Shown: positions 8,081 to 15,238, counted from the first letter of the stretch. The stretch is DNA of 20,000 nt from an uncultured virus (IMG/VR IMGVR_UViG_3300007597_000002) (IMGVR_UViG_3300007597_000002); one strand, 5' to 3'. Notes: generated from the sequence alone by a model not told the origin. Numbers and translations: made by a program.

Positions 8081-8356
8081 ATGAAGACAATAGGATTATT
8101 ACTGTTTGCTTTTTCACTGAATGTATATGCAAACCCATTTACATACAACTATCAAGTAACCTGTGGTCCAATGGTGCCAATAATAAAATTTCTTTCTGAA
8201 AATCAACAAGAAAAATTAACATGGACAGGTTTAGATATAGCAGATGGTTCAGTATATTCTTTGTGGGAAGATAAAGATGGTAACTGGACGCTACTAAAAA
8301 AGAGTAAAGAAATTGCTTGCATTATAGGTTCTGGCACAAAGCCAAAGATTATATAA
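8081..8356 (+). CDS. Small exported protein, hypothetical
   Basis: Signal peptide MKTIGLLLFAFSLNVYA. Two Cys (VTCG, IACIIGSG) are compatible with a disulfide. Confidence 0.8.
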   Translation: MKTIGLLLFAFSLNVYANPFTYNYQVTCGPMVPIIKFLSENQQEKLTWTGLDIADGSVYSLWEDKDGNWTLLKKSKEIACIIGSGTKPKII

Positions 8357-8366
8357 AGGGATATGA

Positions 8367-9182
8367 ATGAAGTACTTACTATCGTTATTCTTAGTAATAA
8401 CAACTTTAACTGCAAATGCTTGGACTCAACGTCCACCAGAGCCAGTTGCTAACTGTGCCACTCATAGTCCTTATGGCTGGCCAGTTGCTAATCCTGCTGT
8501 TCAGCCAATCTGTCGTCAGGCATATCTCGTTGGCTATGATGCACCAGCAAAACTTCCACGCTACGTAACTTATACACTACTACCTCAAAATGCTTTGGGG
8601 TGTGTAGCACGCACTAATGCATTCACATCAGATCAATCTATTCAAAATGGTCCAAGACCAGATGACTACGCTGGTACAGGTTACGACAAAGGACACATGA
8701 GTCCTGATGGTGACTTGTCTTGGGATCAGCAGGTGGAATATGAATCATTCCTTATGACTAATATGTCTCCACAGGCAGGTTCTCTTAATCGTGGTATCTG
8801 GAAATTATTAGAAACTGCAGTTCGTGGTTGGACTGTTCAACGCAATCAGTCGTATACAATATTCGTTGGAGGTATCTACAATGAACAAAACAAGAAAATC
8901 GGCAGTGGTGTTATTGTTCCGCATAGTTTTTACAAAATTGTTATCAATAATCAAACAGGTGAAGTTGCTGGTTGGCAATTCCCGCATGTAGCACCTTATC
9001 CTAATTTGGGTAATGATCTAACTGCTTTCCGTAAGCCAGTTGCACAAATTCAATCAGAAGCAAATGTTGCTTATTCATTCCCAGCTGGTGCAAAAGAACT
9101 AGCACCTGGAACTGAATGGCCAGTTAGTTATGGTGATTTAACTAAAGCAAAACGTGCCAAATGTGGTGGGAGTGGAGATTAA
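8367..9182 (+). CDS. Exported DNA/RNA non-specific endonuclease (NucA/EndoG betabetaalpha-Me family)
   Basis: Signal peptide MKYLLSLFLVITTLTANA. DYAGTGYDKGHM (DRGH-type active site), ESFLMTNMSPQ..SLNRGIWKLLE and VPHSFYKIV. Confidence 0.92.
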   Translation: MKYLLSLFLVITTLTANAWTQRPPEPVANCATHSPYGWPVANPAVQPICRQAYLVGYDAPAKLPRYVTYTLLPQNALGCVARTNAFTSDQSIQNGPRPDDYAGTGYDKGHMSPDGDLSWDQQVEYESFLMTNMSPQAGSLNRGIWKLLETAVRGWTVQRNQSYTIFVGGIYNEQNKKIGSGVIVPHSFYKIVINNQTGEVAGWQFPHVAPYPNLGNDLTAFRKPVAQIQSEANVAYSFPAGAKELAPGTEWPVSYGDLTKAKRAKCGGSGD

Positions 9183-9572
9183 ATGGCTTACTCAGACAAA
9201 GTTATTGATCATTATGAAAATCCACGTAACGTGGGTTCTCTAGACAAAAACGATCCAACAGTTGGTACTGGTATGGTTGGTGCACCAGCATGTGGTGATG
9301 TGATGAAATTACAAATACAGGTAGATGAAGATGGTATTATTAGAGATGCTAAGTTCAAGACATATGGCTGTGGTTCAGCAATCGCCAGTTCGTCGCTGGT
9401 TACAGAGTGGGTTAAGGGTATGCATATTGATGATGCTGTTAACTTACGCAACTCTCAGATTGCCGAAGAACTAGCATTACCTCCAGTTAAGATTCACTGC
9501 TCTATACTTGCGGAAGATGCAATCAAAGCAGCAGTAAACGACTATAAAGAAAAACATGATCTCGTTAACTGA
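9183..9572 (+). CDS. iscU: Fe-S cluster scaffold protein IscU
   Basis: MAYSDKVIDHYENPRNVG, GAPACGDVM, KTYGCGSAIASSS and LPPVKIHC (HscA-binding LPPVK). All three Cys are present. Confidence 0.97.
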   Translation: MAYSDKVIDHYENPRNVGSLDKNDPTVGTGMVGAPACGDVMKLQIQVDEDGIIRDAKFKTYGCGSAIASSSLVTEWVKGMHIDDAVNLRNSQIAEELALPPVKIHCSILAEDAIKAAVNDYKEKHDLVN

Positions 9573-9882
9573 AAAAGCATACGAGAAAGTTAAATCCCAA
9601 CTTCAGAAACGTGGTAAGGGTATTGGCATTCGACTCGGTGTAAGGACTACTGGTTGCAGTGGTCTAGCATATACCATGGAATATGTTGACAAGTATGAGG
9701 CTGAAGTTGGTGTGACTAACTACGCTCAAAAAGATTTTGCAGTTCTTGTAGATATAAAGAGTGATGCTTATCTAAATGGATTAACCATGGATTGGGTACG
9801 TAATGGGCTCAATGAAGGATTTGATTTTAGTAATCCAAACGAAAGAGACCGCTGTGGTTGCGGAGAAAGTTTCAGAATATGA
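9556..9882 (+). CDS. iscA: A-type Fe-S carrier IscA
   Basis: [28 protein letters not shown] and CGCGESF. Confidence 0.93.
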   Translation: MISLTEKAYEKVKSQLQKRGKGIGIRLGVRTTGCSGLAYTMEYVDKYEAEVGVTNYAQKDFAVLVDIKSDAYLNGLTMDWVRNGLNEGFDFSNPNERDRCGCGESFRI

Positions 9883-10202
9883 TAACAATAACAGAGTCAG
9901 CAAAGACAAAAATTCTAGATCTTTTCGCAGAGGAAGGTAATCCTGACTTATGTTTAAGAACATTCGTACAAGGTGGTGGCTGCAGCGGAATGAGTTATGG
10001 ATTTACATTCGATGAGGTAATGAACGAAGATGATTTTGAAATACCTCTTGAGAAAACTAAAATACTAATAGACTCAATGAGCATGCAATATCTAACAGGA
10101 GCAACTGTGGATTACAAAGAAGATATACAAGGCTCACAATTTGTCATAACCAATCCAAATGCTCAATCAACCTGCGGATGTGGAAGTTCGTTTAGCGTAT
10201 GA
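9879..10202 (+). CDS. erpA: A-type Fe-S carrier, ErpA-like
   Basis: [39 protein letters not shown] and [23 protein letters not shown]. Start corrected to ATG 9879 (ATGA overlap). Confidence 0.9.
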   Translation: MITITESAKTKILDLFAEEGNPDLCLRTFVQGGGCSGMSYGFTFDEVMNEDDFEIPLEKTKILIDSMSMQYLTGATVDYKEDIQGSQFVITNPNAQSTCGCGSSFSV

Positions 10203-10549
10203 AAAAACTTATACTACTATCACTGGTTCTGTGTTTAAATGGTTGCTCTGTTATTGCGCTATGGCCAAAACCACACGATCCAGTTATGTTTGATAATCTA
10301 GTTTCTACAAAGATTGCAGTTGAGAAGTTAAATTGTGACGACAAGAACTGGACAGATGCTGAAACTAAACTTCAACATCTTAAGGTTTATACTGAGTTGA
10401 GAAAAGATCCTCAGGCTATATCAATTGCTCAGCTACAAGAAGCAATTAGTAAAGCCAAAGCATCTGATAAAAAATTGTTCTGTGAATCAATCCTTAAAAT
10501 TAATAAAACAAGAATAGACGTCATAGTTGACGCATGGAGAGGAAGATAA
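10199..10549 (+). CDS. Predicted lipoprotein
   Basis: [16 protein letters not shown]: basic N-region, hydrophobic core and lipobox LNGC. The mature part is helical with two further Cys. Confidence 0.8.
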   Translation: MKKLILLSLVLCLNGCSVIALWPKPHDPVMFDNLVSTKIAVEKLNCDDKNWTDAETKLQHLKVYTELRKDPQAISIAQLQEAISKAKASDKKLFCESILKINKTRIDVIVDAWRGR

Positions 10550-10550
10550 A

Positions 10551-10928
10551 ATGGAATTAGACCAAATCAAAGAAAAGATGAGTGCTGGCGAAGCCAAGGG
10601 CGCACTGATCGAAAAGGTAACATTTGCTGTGCTACCCATCATGTTTACCTGTGTGGTATACTTGATGAATGCGCTGAGTAATGTTAATCATCAACTCACC
10701 ATTCTCGAAAGCAAGATGCAGTTGGTGGTGACATCAGACAACAAACAAGCACCAAACATGGGTGCTGAACTGGCTCGTGAAAAACTGCGCCAAGACTTTA
10801 TGCAGGCTAACACAGAAGCACTATCCCGAAGCAGCTCCAACAAAGCTGTGCTGGACACTTTAGTATGGCGTGTGCAAGAGTTGGAAAAGCACAAAGAGAA
10901 ACAATCCAACAATAGTGGGAAGAAGTAA
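10551..10928 (+). CDS. Single-TM protein with C-terminal coiled coil
   Basis: ATG 10551 after GAGGA. TM VTFAVLPIMFTCVVYLMNAL followed by heptads. Confidence 0.8.
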   Translation: MELDQIKEKMSAGEAKGALIEKVTFAVLPIMFTCVVYLMNALSNVNHQLTILESKMQLVVTSDNKQAPNMGAELAREKLRQDFMQANTEALSRSSSNKAVLDTLVWRVQELEKHKEKQSNNSGKK

Positions 10929-11158
10929 TGTTGGAACAACTAAGAGAAGTAGCTGGTCTTGGTGGTCCAGCTGCAGTGTTAGCAAACGAACTTTTAGTTC
11001 TACGTGAACAATATGAATCACAACAACTAACACTGGAAGAGTTTCAGTTCTTAGTTCAACAAGTTGCAGAAGTAAAAGCAGCCCAAGAATTATCAACTGA
11101 TGAACAAGCACTTCGTTACATTGTTTCTGCTGCTACTGCGATATCTATGGTGGTATGA
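10928..11158 (+). CDS. Hypothetical small helical protein
   Basis: TAATG overlap upstream and ATGA overlap downstream; 76 aa. Confidence 0.8.
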   Translation: MLEQLREVAGLGGPAAVLANELLVLREQYESQQLTLEEFQFLVQQVAEVKAAQELSTDEQALRYIVSAATAISMVV

Positions 11159-11913
11159 AATACCGCACGATATTTATAAGTGATGTTCACTTAGGTACTC
11201 GTGATTGTCAAGCAGGTAAGTTAAATAATTTTCTTAAACACAATACATGCGACACACTGTATTTGGTTGGAGATATTATTGATGCATGGAAGATACAGCA
11301 GAACAAGTGGCGTTGGAAACAATCTCATACTAACGTAGTTCGTAGAATCCTTGGCCATGCCAAACGTGGCACAAGGGTTATATACGTTGCAGGCAACCAT
11401 GATGAGTTTTTAAGACCAATGATACCATATGGTTTCAGTTTTGGTCTAGTAGAAATACATAATCAAATAGAACATATCGGTGCTGATGGTAAGCATTACT
11501 TAGTTACACATGGTGATCTGTTCGATGGCATAACACGATTAGCACCTTGGATATCATTTTTAGGAGATAAATCATATGACTTCGTTCTTTCGCTCAATAG
11601 CAAGTTCAATTGGATACGTCATCGTATGGGTTTTGGGTACTTTAGCCTTAGCAAGTTCCTTAAACACAAAGTAAAAAAAGCTGTGGACTTTATGTTCCAG
11701 TTTGAAAAGAATCTAGCTGGATACTGTAAAAAACGTGGCTTTGATGGAGTTATCTGCGGTCATATACACCACGCTGAAATCAAAGAGATCGATGGTGTGA
11801 TATATATGAATGATGGGGATTGGGTTGAGTCATGTACTGCTTTAGTTGAGCATTACGATGGCAAGTGGGAAATTATTACATGGACCAAGGAAAAAGATGA
11901 TGTTACAGGATAA
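11155..11913 (+). CDS. Calcineurin-like metallophosphoesterase of PlcP/LpxH2 type (putative phospholipase C)
   Basis: FISDVHLG, LYLVGDIID, W.W.QSHTNVV, GNHDEFLR, HGDLFD, GVICGHIH and YMNDGDWVESCTALVE. It has GNHD rather than the GNRD of canonical LpxH. Confidence 0.85.
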   Translation: MKYRTIFISDVHLGTRDCQAGKLNNFLKHNTCDTLYLVGDIIDAWKIQQNKWRWKQSHTNVVRRILGHAKRGTRVIYVAGNHDEFLRPMIPYGFSFGLVEIHNQIEHIGADGKHYLVTHGDLFDGITRLAPWISFLGDKSYDFVLSLNSKFNWIRHRMGFGYFSLSKFLKHKVKKAVDFMFQFEKNLAGYCKKRGFDGVICGHIHHAEIKEIDGVIYMNDGDWVESCTALVEHYDGKWEIITWTKEKDDVTG

Positions 11914-12607
11914 AATTACCATAGTAGTTCCATGTAAGAATGAAGAGAACTACATTGCGCATTTGTTAATGCACTTGAGTCAACAACAAATAGGCAATAC
12001 AAGAATTATTATTGCAGACTGCTCCACTGACAATACACGAGAAGTCATTCAAAAAATGAAGGGTGATCTTAATGTTGAGGTCATCGATGGTGGTCCAGTT
12101 TCCTTTGCCAAGAACAGTGGCGCTAAACTAGCAACAACACCATACTTGCTGTTTATAGATAGTGATGTAAGATTTTTTGAAGATACAGTTATAACTGATT
12201 GTGTTAACATAATCGAAGAATGTCAATTAGATTTAGTTGGGTTGTATGTAAAATGTTATGATCGAGATAAAAGAGCACACATAGGCTTCATGATGTTTAA
12301 TTTTGTAAACAGATTAATGCAGTATAAAGTACCTTTCGCAGTTGGTGCGTTTATGCTAACTCGTCGCGATAAATTTGAACAGCTTGGTGGGTTCTCTGAG
12401 AAGTATGGAACCAGTGAAGACTTCTTCTTATCTAAACAGTACGATGTTAACAAATTTAAATTAGTGGACCATTTCTTCGGGCAGGACAGCAGAAGGTTTC
12501 AGATTATGGGGTACTTTGGTATGGCATGGTATCTGATTAAAAATTTCTGGAACAGAAACAACGAAAACTATTGGAATAAAGTAGACTATTCGAAATATTG
12601 GAAATAA
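11897..12607 (+). CDS. Glycosyltransferase family 2
   Basis: ITIVVPCKNEE, IIIADCSTDNT, AKNSGA, LFIDSD (DxD), GGFSE...EDFFLS and SRRF. Start ATG 11897 or 11900 after AAGGA. Confidence 0.9.
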   Translation: MMLQDKITIVVPCKNEENYIAHLLMHLSQQQIGNTRIIIADCSTDNTREVIQKMKGDLNVEVIDGGPVSFAKNSGAKLATTPYLLFIDSDVRFFEDTVITDCVNIIEECQLDLVGLYVKCYDRDKRAHIGFMMFNFVNRLMQYKVPFAVGAFMLTRRDKFEQLGGFSEKYGTSEDFFLSKQYDVNKFKLVDHFFGQDSRRFQIMGYFGMAWYLIKNFWNRNNENYWNKVDYSKYWK

Positions 12608-13258
12608 ATGAAAACCCTTGCTTTGTTTATGCGACATCCAGAATGTTCTACGGATTGCGCATATGCAATGGTGCATGCATTATCCTCTGAGTACCAAATT
12701 CGTATATTCGAAGAGAAGGAGTTGGATGATGATAATTTCTTTGAGCATCTTGATGTTATTGCTTTTCCTGGTGGTATCGGGAATAGTGACTCTTATCCTA
12801 ATTTCTTCACTCGAACAAGAGCGAATCGAATCGCCAGATTCTTGGAATGTGGTGGTCACTATCTTGGCATTTGCATGGGTGCTTATTGGGCTGGAAGCCG
12901 TTATTTCGATATACTTGATGATGTCAACCCTGTTCAATATATAAAGCAACTAAATGCAGATGTAAAAAGAAGCTACGGAACAGTAGCTTCAGTCACATGG
13001 AAAGACCAAAAAGAAGAAATGTACTTCTATGATGGTTGTGCACTAATTGGCGATGAAACTAAATTTAAAACTATTGCAAGATATAGCAATGGTGATCCGA
13101 TGGCAATCATCCAAGGTAGAATCGGTATCATTGGTTGCCATCCAGAAGCACCACTTTATTGGTACGAGAAACCTTGGTATTACATAAATAAACACTACCA
13201 TGGTGGAAAACATCATGAACTATTGCTAGACTTTGTGAACGAACTTACAGAGAAATAG
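12608..13258 (+). CDS. Class I glutamine amidotransferase-like protein (BPL_N type)
   Basis: FPGG, YLGICMGAYWA (nucleophile-elbow Cys) and GCHPE (His-x-Glu of the triad). Confidence 0.8.
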   Translation: MKTLALFMRHPECSTDCAYAMVHALSSEYQIRIFEEKELDDDNFFEHLDVIAFPGGIGNSDSYPNFFTRTRANRIARFLECGGHYLGICMGAYWAGSRYFDILDDVNPVQYIKQLNADVKRSYGTVASVTWKDQKEEMYFYDGCALIGDETKFKTIARYSNGDPMAIIQGRIGIIGCHPEAPLYWYEKPWYYINKHYHGGKHHELLLDFVNELTEK

Positions 13259-13266
13259 TTATTAGA

Positions 13267-13294
13267 AAATAACCCTACTGTCTGTAAGGTTTTA
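13267..13294. promoter_or_regulatory. Imperfect palindrome, operator-like (copy 1)
   Basis: AAATAACCCTAC-TGTCT-GTAAGGTTTTA. The 12-mer AAATAACCCTAC is identical to 15180-15191. Confidence 0.5.
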
Positions 13295-13330
13295 AACCCC
13301 TGTAAGTTGTTGATACCACAGGGGTTTTTT
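13294..13330 (+). terminator. Rho-independent terminator ending the accessory block
   Basis: Stem AAACCCCTGT (13294-13303) / ACAGGGGTTT (13318-13327), 14-nt loop, T-run to 13330. Confidence 0.8.
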
Positions 13331-13346
13331 GTCCTCCAAAAATGTA

Positions 13347-13375
13347 TTGACTTTTATTTGACTTTAGAGCATAAT
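13347..13375 (+). promoter_or_regulatory. Sigma70-type early promoter
   Basis: TTGACT (13347-13352), 17 nt, CATAAT (13370-13375). It is intergenic and followed by the AAGGA RBS of 13412. Confidence 0.75.
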
Positions 13376-13411
13376 AACTGTGTTAGGGTTGATTAAGGAA
13401 AAGGAATTGTG

Positions 13412-13585
13412 ATGACTATAAATGAATTGAATGTTGAATTGAATGATCTTGCAGAGCAAGAAAGAAACGCTGTTGCTGAGGCTGATTATGAATCATACAT
13501 GGATCGAATGATGGCTGAACACAACATGCGACAGTTTGAAGCATCATCTTATGATGAAGATGCAGTATCATATGGAGAAATGTAA
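13412..13585 (+). CDS. 57-aa acidic early protein (not in ORF track)
   Basis: AAGGA RBS. MTINELNVELNDLAEQERNAVAEADYESYMDRMMAEHNMRQFEASSYDEDAVSYGEM. TAATG overlap with the next gene. Confidence 0.8.
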   Translation: MTINELNVELNDLAEQERNAVAEADYESYMDRMMAEHNMRQFEASSYDEDAVSYGEM

Positions 13586-13812
13586 TGAGTGACTTGCAAT
13601 TAGAAATTGTTGATCTTTATGAAGAAGGGATGAAACCCATCTCAATCGCTGGGTTGTTAAAGATCCCATTGGAAATGGTGTACGACGCCATTCAGGCATT
13701 TGAAGAAGGGTTCGATGTTGACGAATCCATGGATGGTGACCATGAATCTGCATTGGCATCAGCAGGGTTTGGAACAGATGAAGATTATGGATATTATGGA
13801 GATAATGAGTGA
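13585..13812 (+). CDS. 75-aa very acidic protein, N-terminal HTH-like segment
   Basis: GGAG RBS. LYEEGMKPISIAGLLKIPLEMVY is HTH-like. Tail is DESMDGDHESALASAGFGTDEDYG. Confidence 0.8.
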   Translation: MSDLQLEIVDLYEEGMKPISIAGLLKIPLEMVYDAIQAFEEGFDVDESMDGDHESALASAGFGTDEDYGYYGDNE

Positions 13813-14111
13813 ATAAATTTGCAATGATGAAACAAAAGAATGCAATCGACAGTGAGATTCTGTTGATTACGCAAGAAGAATGTGCTGAGGTAACTCAGGC
13901 TATCAGTAAGGTATTTCGATTCGGTATGGATGATGAACACAATGGGCAAACCAACCGAGAACATCTTGAAGAAGAAATCGGTGACCTCATGTGTATGATT
14001 GATCTACTGATCGAAAATGGAATTGTTAGCGAGTCTGCAGTAATGACTGCAAAGAATGAGAAGTTGAATAAACTGATGACATGGTCTAGTATTTTTAAGG
14101 AAACTGTATGA
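13809..14111 (+). CDS. MazG-like nucleoside triphosphate pyrophosphohydrolase
   Basis: QEECAEV...LEEEIGDL (EExxE / ExxD metal motifs of the all-alpha NTP-PPase fold). GTG start after GGAG. Confidence 0.8.
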   Translation: MNKFAMMKQKNAIDSEILLITQEECAEVTQAISKVFRFGMDDEHNGQTNREHLEEEIGDLMCMIDLLIENGIVSESAVMTAKNEKLNKLMTWSSIFKETV

Positions 14112-14335
14112 ACGAAGTTACAATCCATGGCGTAAGTAAGCGTCAGAAGCGTATGTTGAACATCATGTGGAATCTTGACTCGGAGGAAGATTACTTTGAG
14201 TGGTACAATTCTCTAGATGAGAATCTACAGAAAGAAGCTGAGTTGTTGCAACGTCTGATCATCATGGCAGAACTGGACAACGAAGTACTTAATACATCTG
14301 GTGCCAAGGAACTATTAAAGAAATTTGCTTTGTAA
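14108..14335 (+). CDS. Hypothetical protein
   Basis: AAGGA RBS, ATGA overlap, 75 aa. Confidence 0.8.
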   Translation: MNEVTIHGVSKRQKRMLNIMWNLDSEEDYFEWYNSLDENLQKEAELLQRLIIMAELDNEVLNTSGAKELLKKFAL

Positions 14336-14353
14336 GAGGATATCGTGTATAAT
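14325..14353 (+). promoter_or_regulatory. Sigma70-type promoter
   Basis: TTGCTT (14325-14330), 17 nt, TATAAT (14348-14353), at a gene junction. Confidence 0.6.
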
Positions 14354-14488
14354 AAACCATTGAAACCTAGAAATCTTGTAGCAAAAGATTTGCGTACTCC
14401 GAAATACCGCATGCGTGTAGTAGAGAGTAAGGTTCAGTACATTCGACAACCAAAGCACAGAAAGGCAGACCATGGACTTGGAGTATGA
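14345..14488 (+). CDS. 47-aa basic peptide resembling alternative ribosome-rescue factor ArfA (not in ORF track)
   Basis: GAGGA then GTG 14345 (alternative TTG 14360). MYNKPLKPRNLVAKDLRTPKYRMRVVESKVQYIRQPKHRKADHGLGV. It fills the 14335-14472 gap. The ORF is well supported; the ArfA likeness is by eye. Confidence 0.65.
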   Translation: MYNKPLKPRNLVAKDLRTPKYRMRVVESKVQYIRQPKHRKADHGLGV

Positions 14489-14717
14489 GATTCATCGAGA
14501 AGGTTTAACACGAACAGTTAAAATTAAGAGTCATGCATATGATTTGATTGAGTTTACTATTCGTCAGAAACTTATTACCGAAACAGGGAAAGAATTATGC
14601 AATAGTGGTCATACATCTTTCTTTGAGACTAAAGAATTCGTTGAATTCTTTGGACCAATTATTAATGAAATGAAAGTGAGATTAGACAATGGCATTCCAA
14701 ACAGTATTCAAGAATGA
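14472..14717 (+). CDS. Hypothetical protein
   Basis: AAGG RBS, 81 aa, overlaps both neighbours. Confidence 0.75.
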   Translation: MDLEYEIHREGLTRTVKIKSHAYDLIEFTIRQKLITETGKELCNSGHTSFFETKEFVEFFGPIINEMKVRLDNGIPNSIQE

Positions 14718-14997
14718 AAAAGAGTTTGAAGAATTTAAAACATGGACAATTGGAGTTCTCCACGATGAACACATCAAAGATCTGTGCGTTACTTTTACCA
14801 AAAAAGATGGTACCGAAAGAGCAATGCGTTGCACCCTTGTCGAAGGAAACATTCCAGCAGACAAGAAACCAACATCCGAAGCCAGCACTGCAGGTCGCAA
14901 GACTAATGGATCCGCAATGGCAGTCTTCGATACAGAAAAGTCTGAGTGGAGATCTTTCCGCTGGGATTCAGTAACTAAAGTGGAGTTTACATTATGA
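14689..14997 (+). CDS. WYL_2 / SH3 beta-barrel (DUF2693-like) protein
   Basis: VTFTKKDGTERAMRCTL ... AVFDTEKSEWRSFRWDSV pattern typical of this T4-like phage family. Confidence 0.8.
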   Translation: MAFQTVFKNEKEFEEFKTWTIGVLHDEHIKDLCVTFTKKDGTERAMRCTLVEGNIPADKKPTSEASTAGRKTNGSAMAVFDTEKSEWRSFRWDSVTKVEFTL

Positions 14998-15185
14998 AAT
15001 CTAGTATTCTTGTGTGGCTTGGTGTCATTCTCGTTCTTATTGTTCTTGCACCACTTGCAACAATCTGGTCACTGAACACATTGTTCCCGATTCTCAACAT
15101 TCCAATGGGATTCGATACGTGGCTTGCATCCCTAATCCTAGCTGGAGTAGTGGGTGGAACAACTGGGGTTTCGTTTAAGAAATAA
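14994..15185 (+). CDS. Small two-TM membrane protein
   Basis: GGAG RBS. Hydrophobic segments flank IWSLNTLFP. Confidence 0.8.
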   Translation: MKSSILVWLGVILVLIVLAPLATIWSLNTLFPILNIPMGFDTWLASLILAGVVGGTTGVSFKK

Positions 15186-15207
15186 CCCTACACTGTTGAG
15201 GGTTATT
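15180..15207. promoter_or_regulatory. Palindrome, operator-like (copy 2)
   Basis: AATAACCCT-ACACTGTTG-AGGGTTATT (perfect 9-bp arms), ending 2 nt before the -35 box. Confidence 0.55.
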
Positions 15208-15209
15208 GT

Positions 15210-15238
15210 TTGACACTAATCGTGCTTTGAGGTATAAT
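15210..15238 (+). promoter_or_regulatory. Consensus sigma70 promoter
   Basis: TTGACA (15210-15215), 17 nt, TATAAT (15233-15238). Followed by AATAAATA (late-like, 15236-15243) and a GGAGG RBS. Confidence 0.9.

Noticed and set aside
8074..8081. GCTAAATA as late promoter for the 8081 gene
   Set aside because: The motif is formed by the stop codon and overlaps the ATG, so a transcript from it would start inside that ORF.
11155..11913. Call as lipid A enzyme LpxH
   Set aside because: It has GNHD instead of the LpxH GNRD, and its flanking motifs fit the PlcP/LpxH2 group. No other lpx genes are present.
12608..13258. Biotin-protein ligase
   Set aside because: Only the GATase-like BPL_N domain is present; there is no ligase catalytic domain.
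14324..14353. TTTGCTTT as T4 MotA box (middle promoter)
   Set aside because: Spacing to TATAAT is longer than the ~11-13 nt of MotA promoters and fits a standard -35/-10 arrangement.
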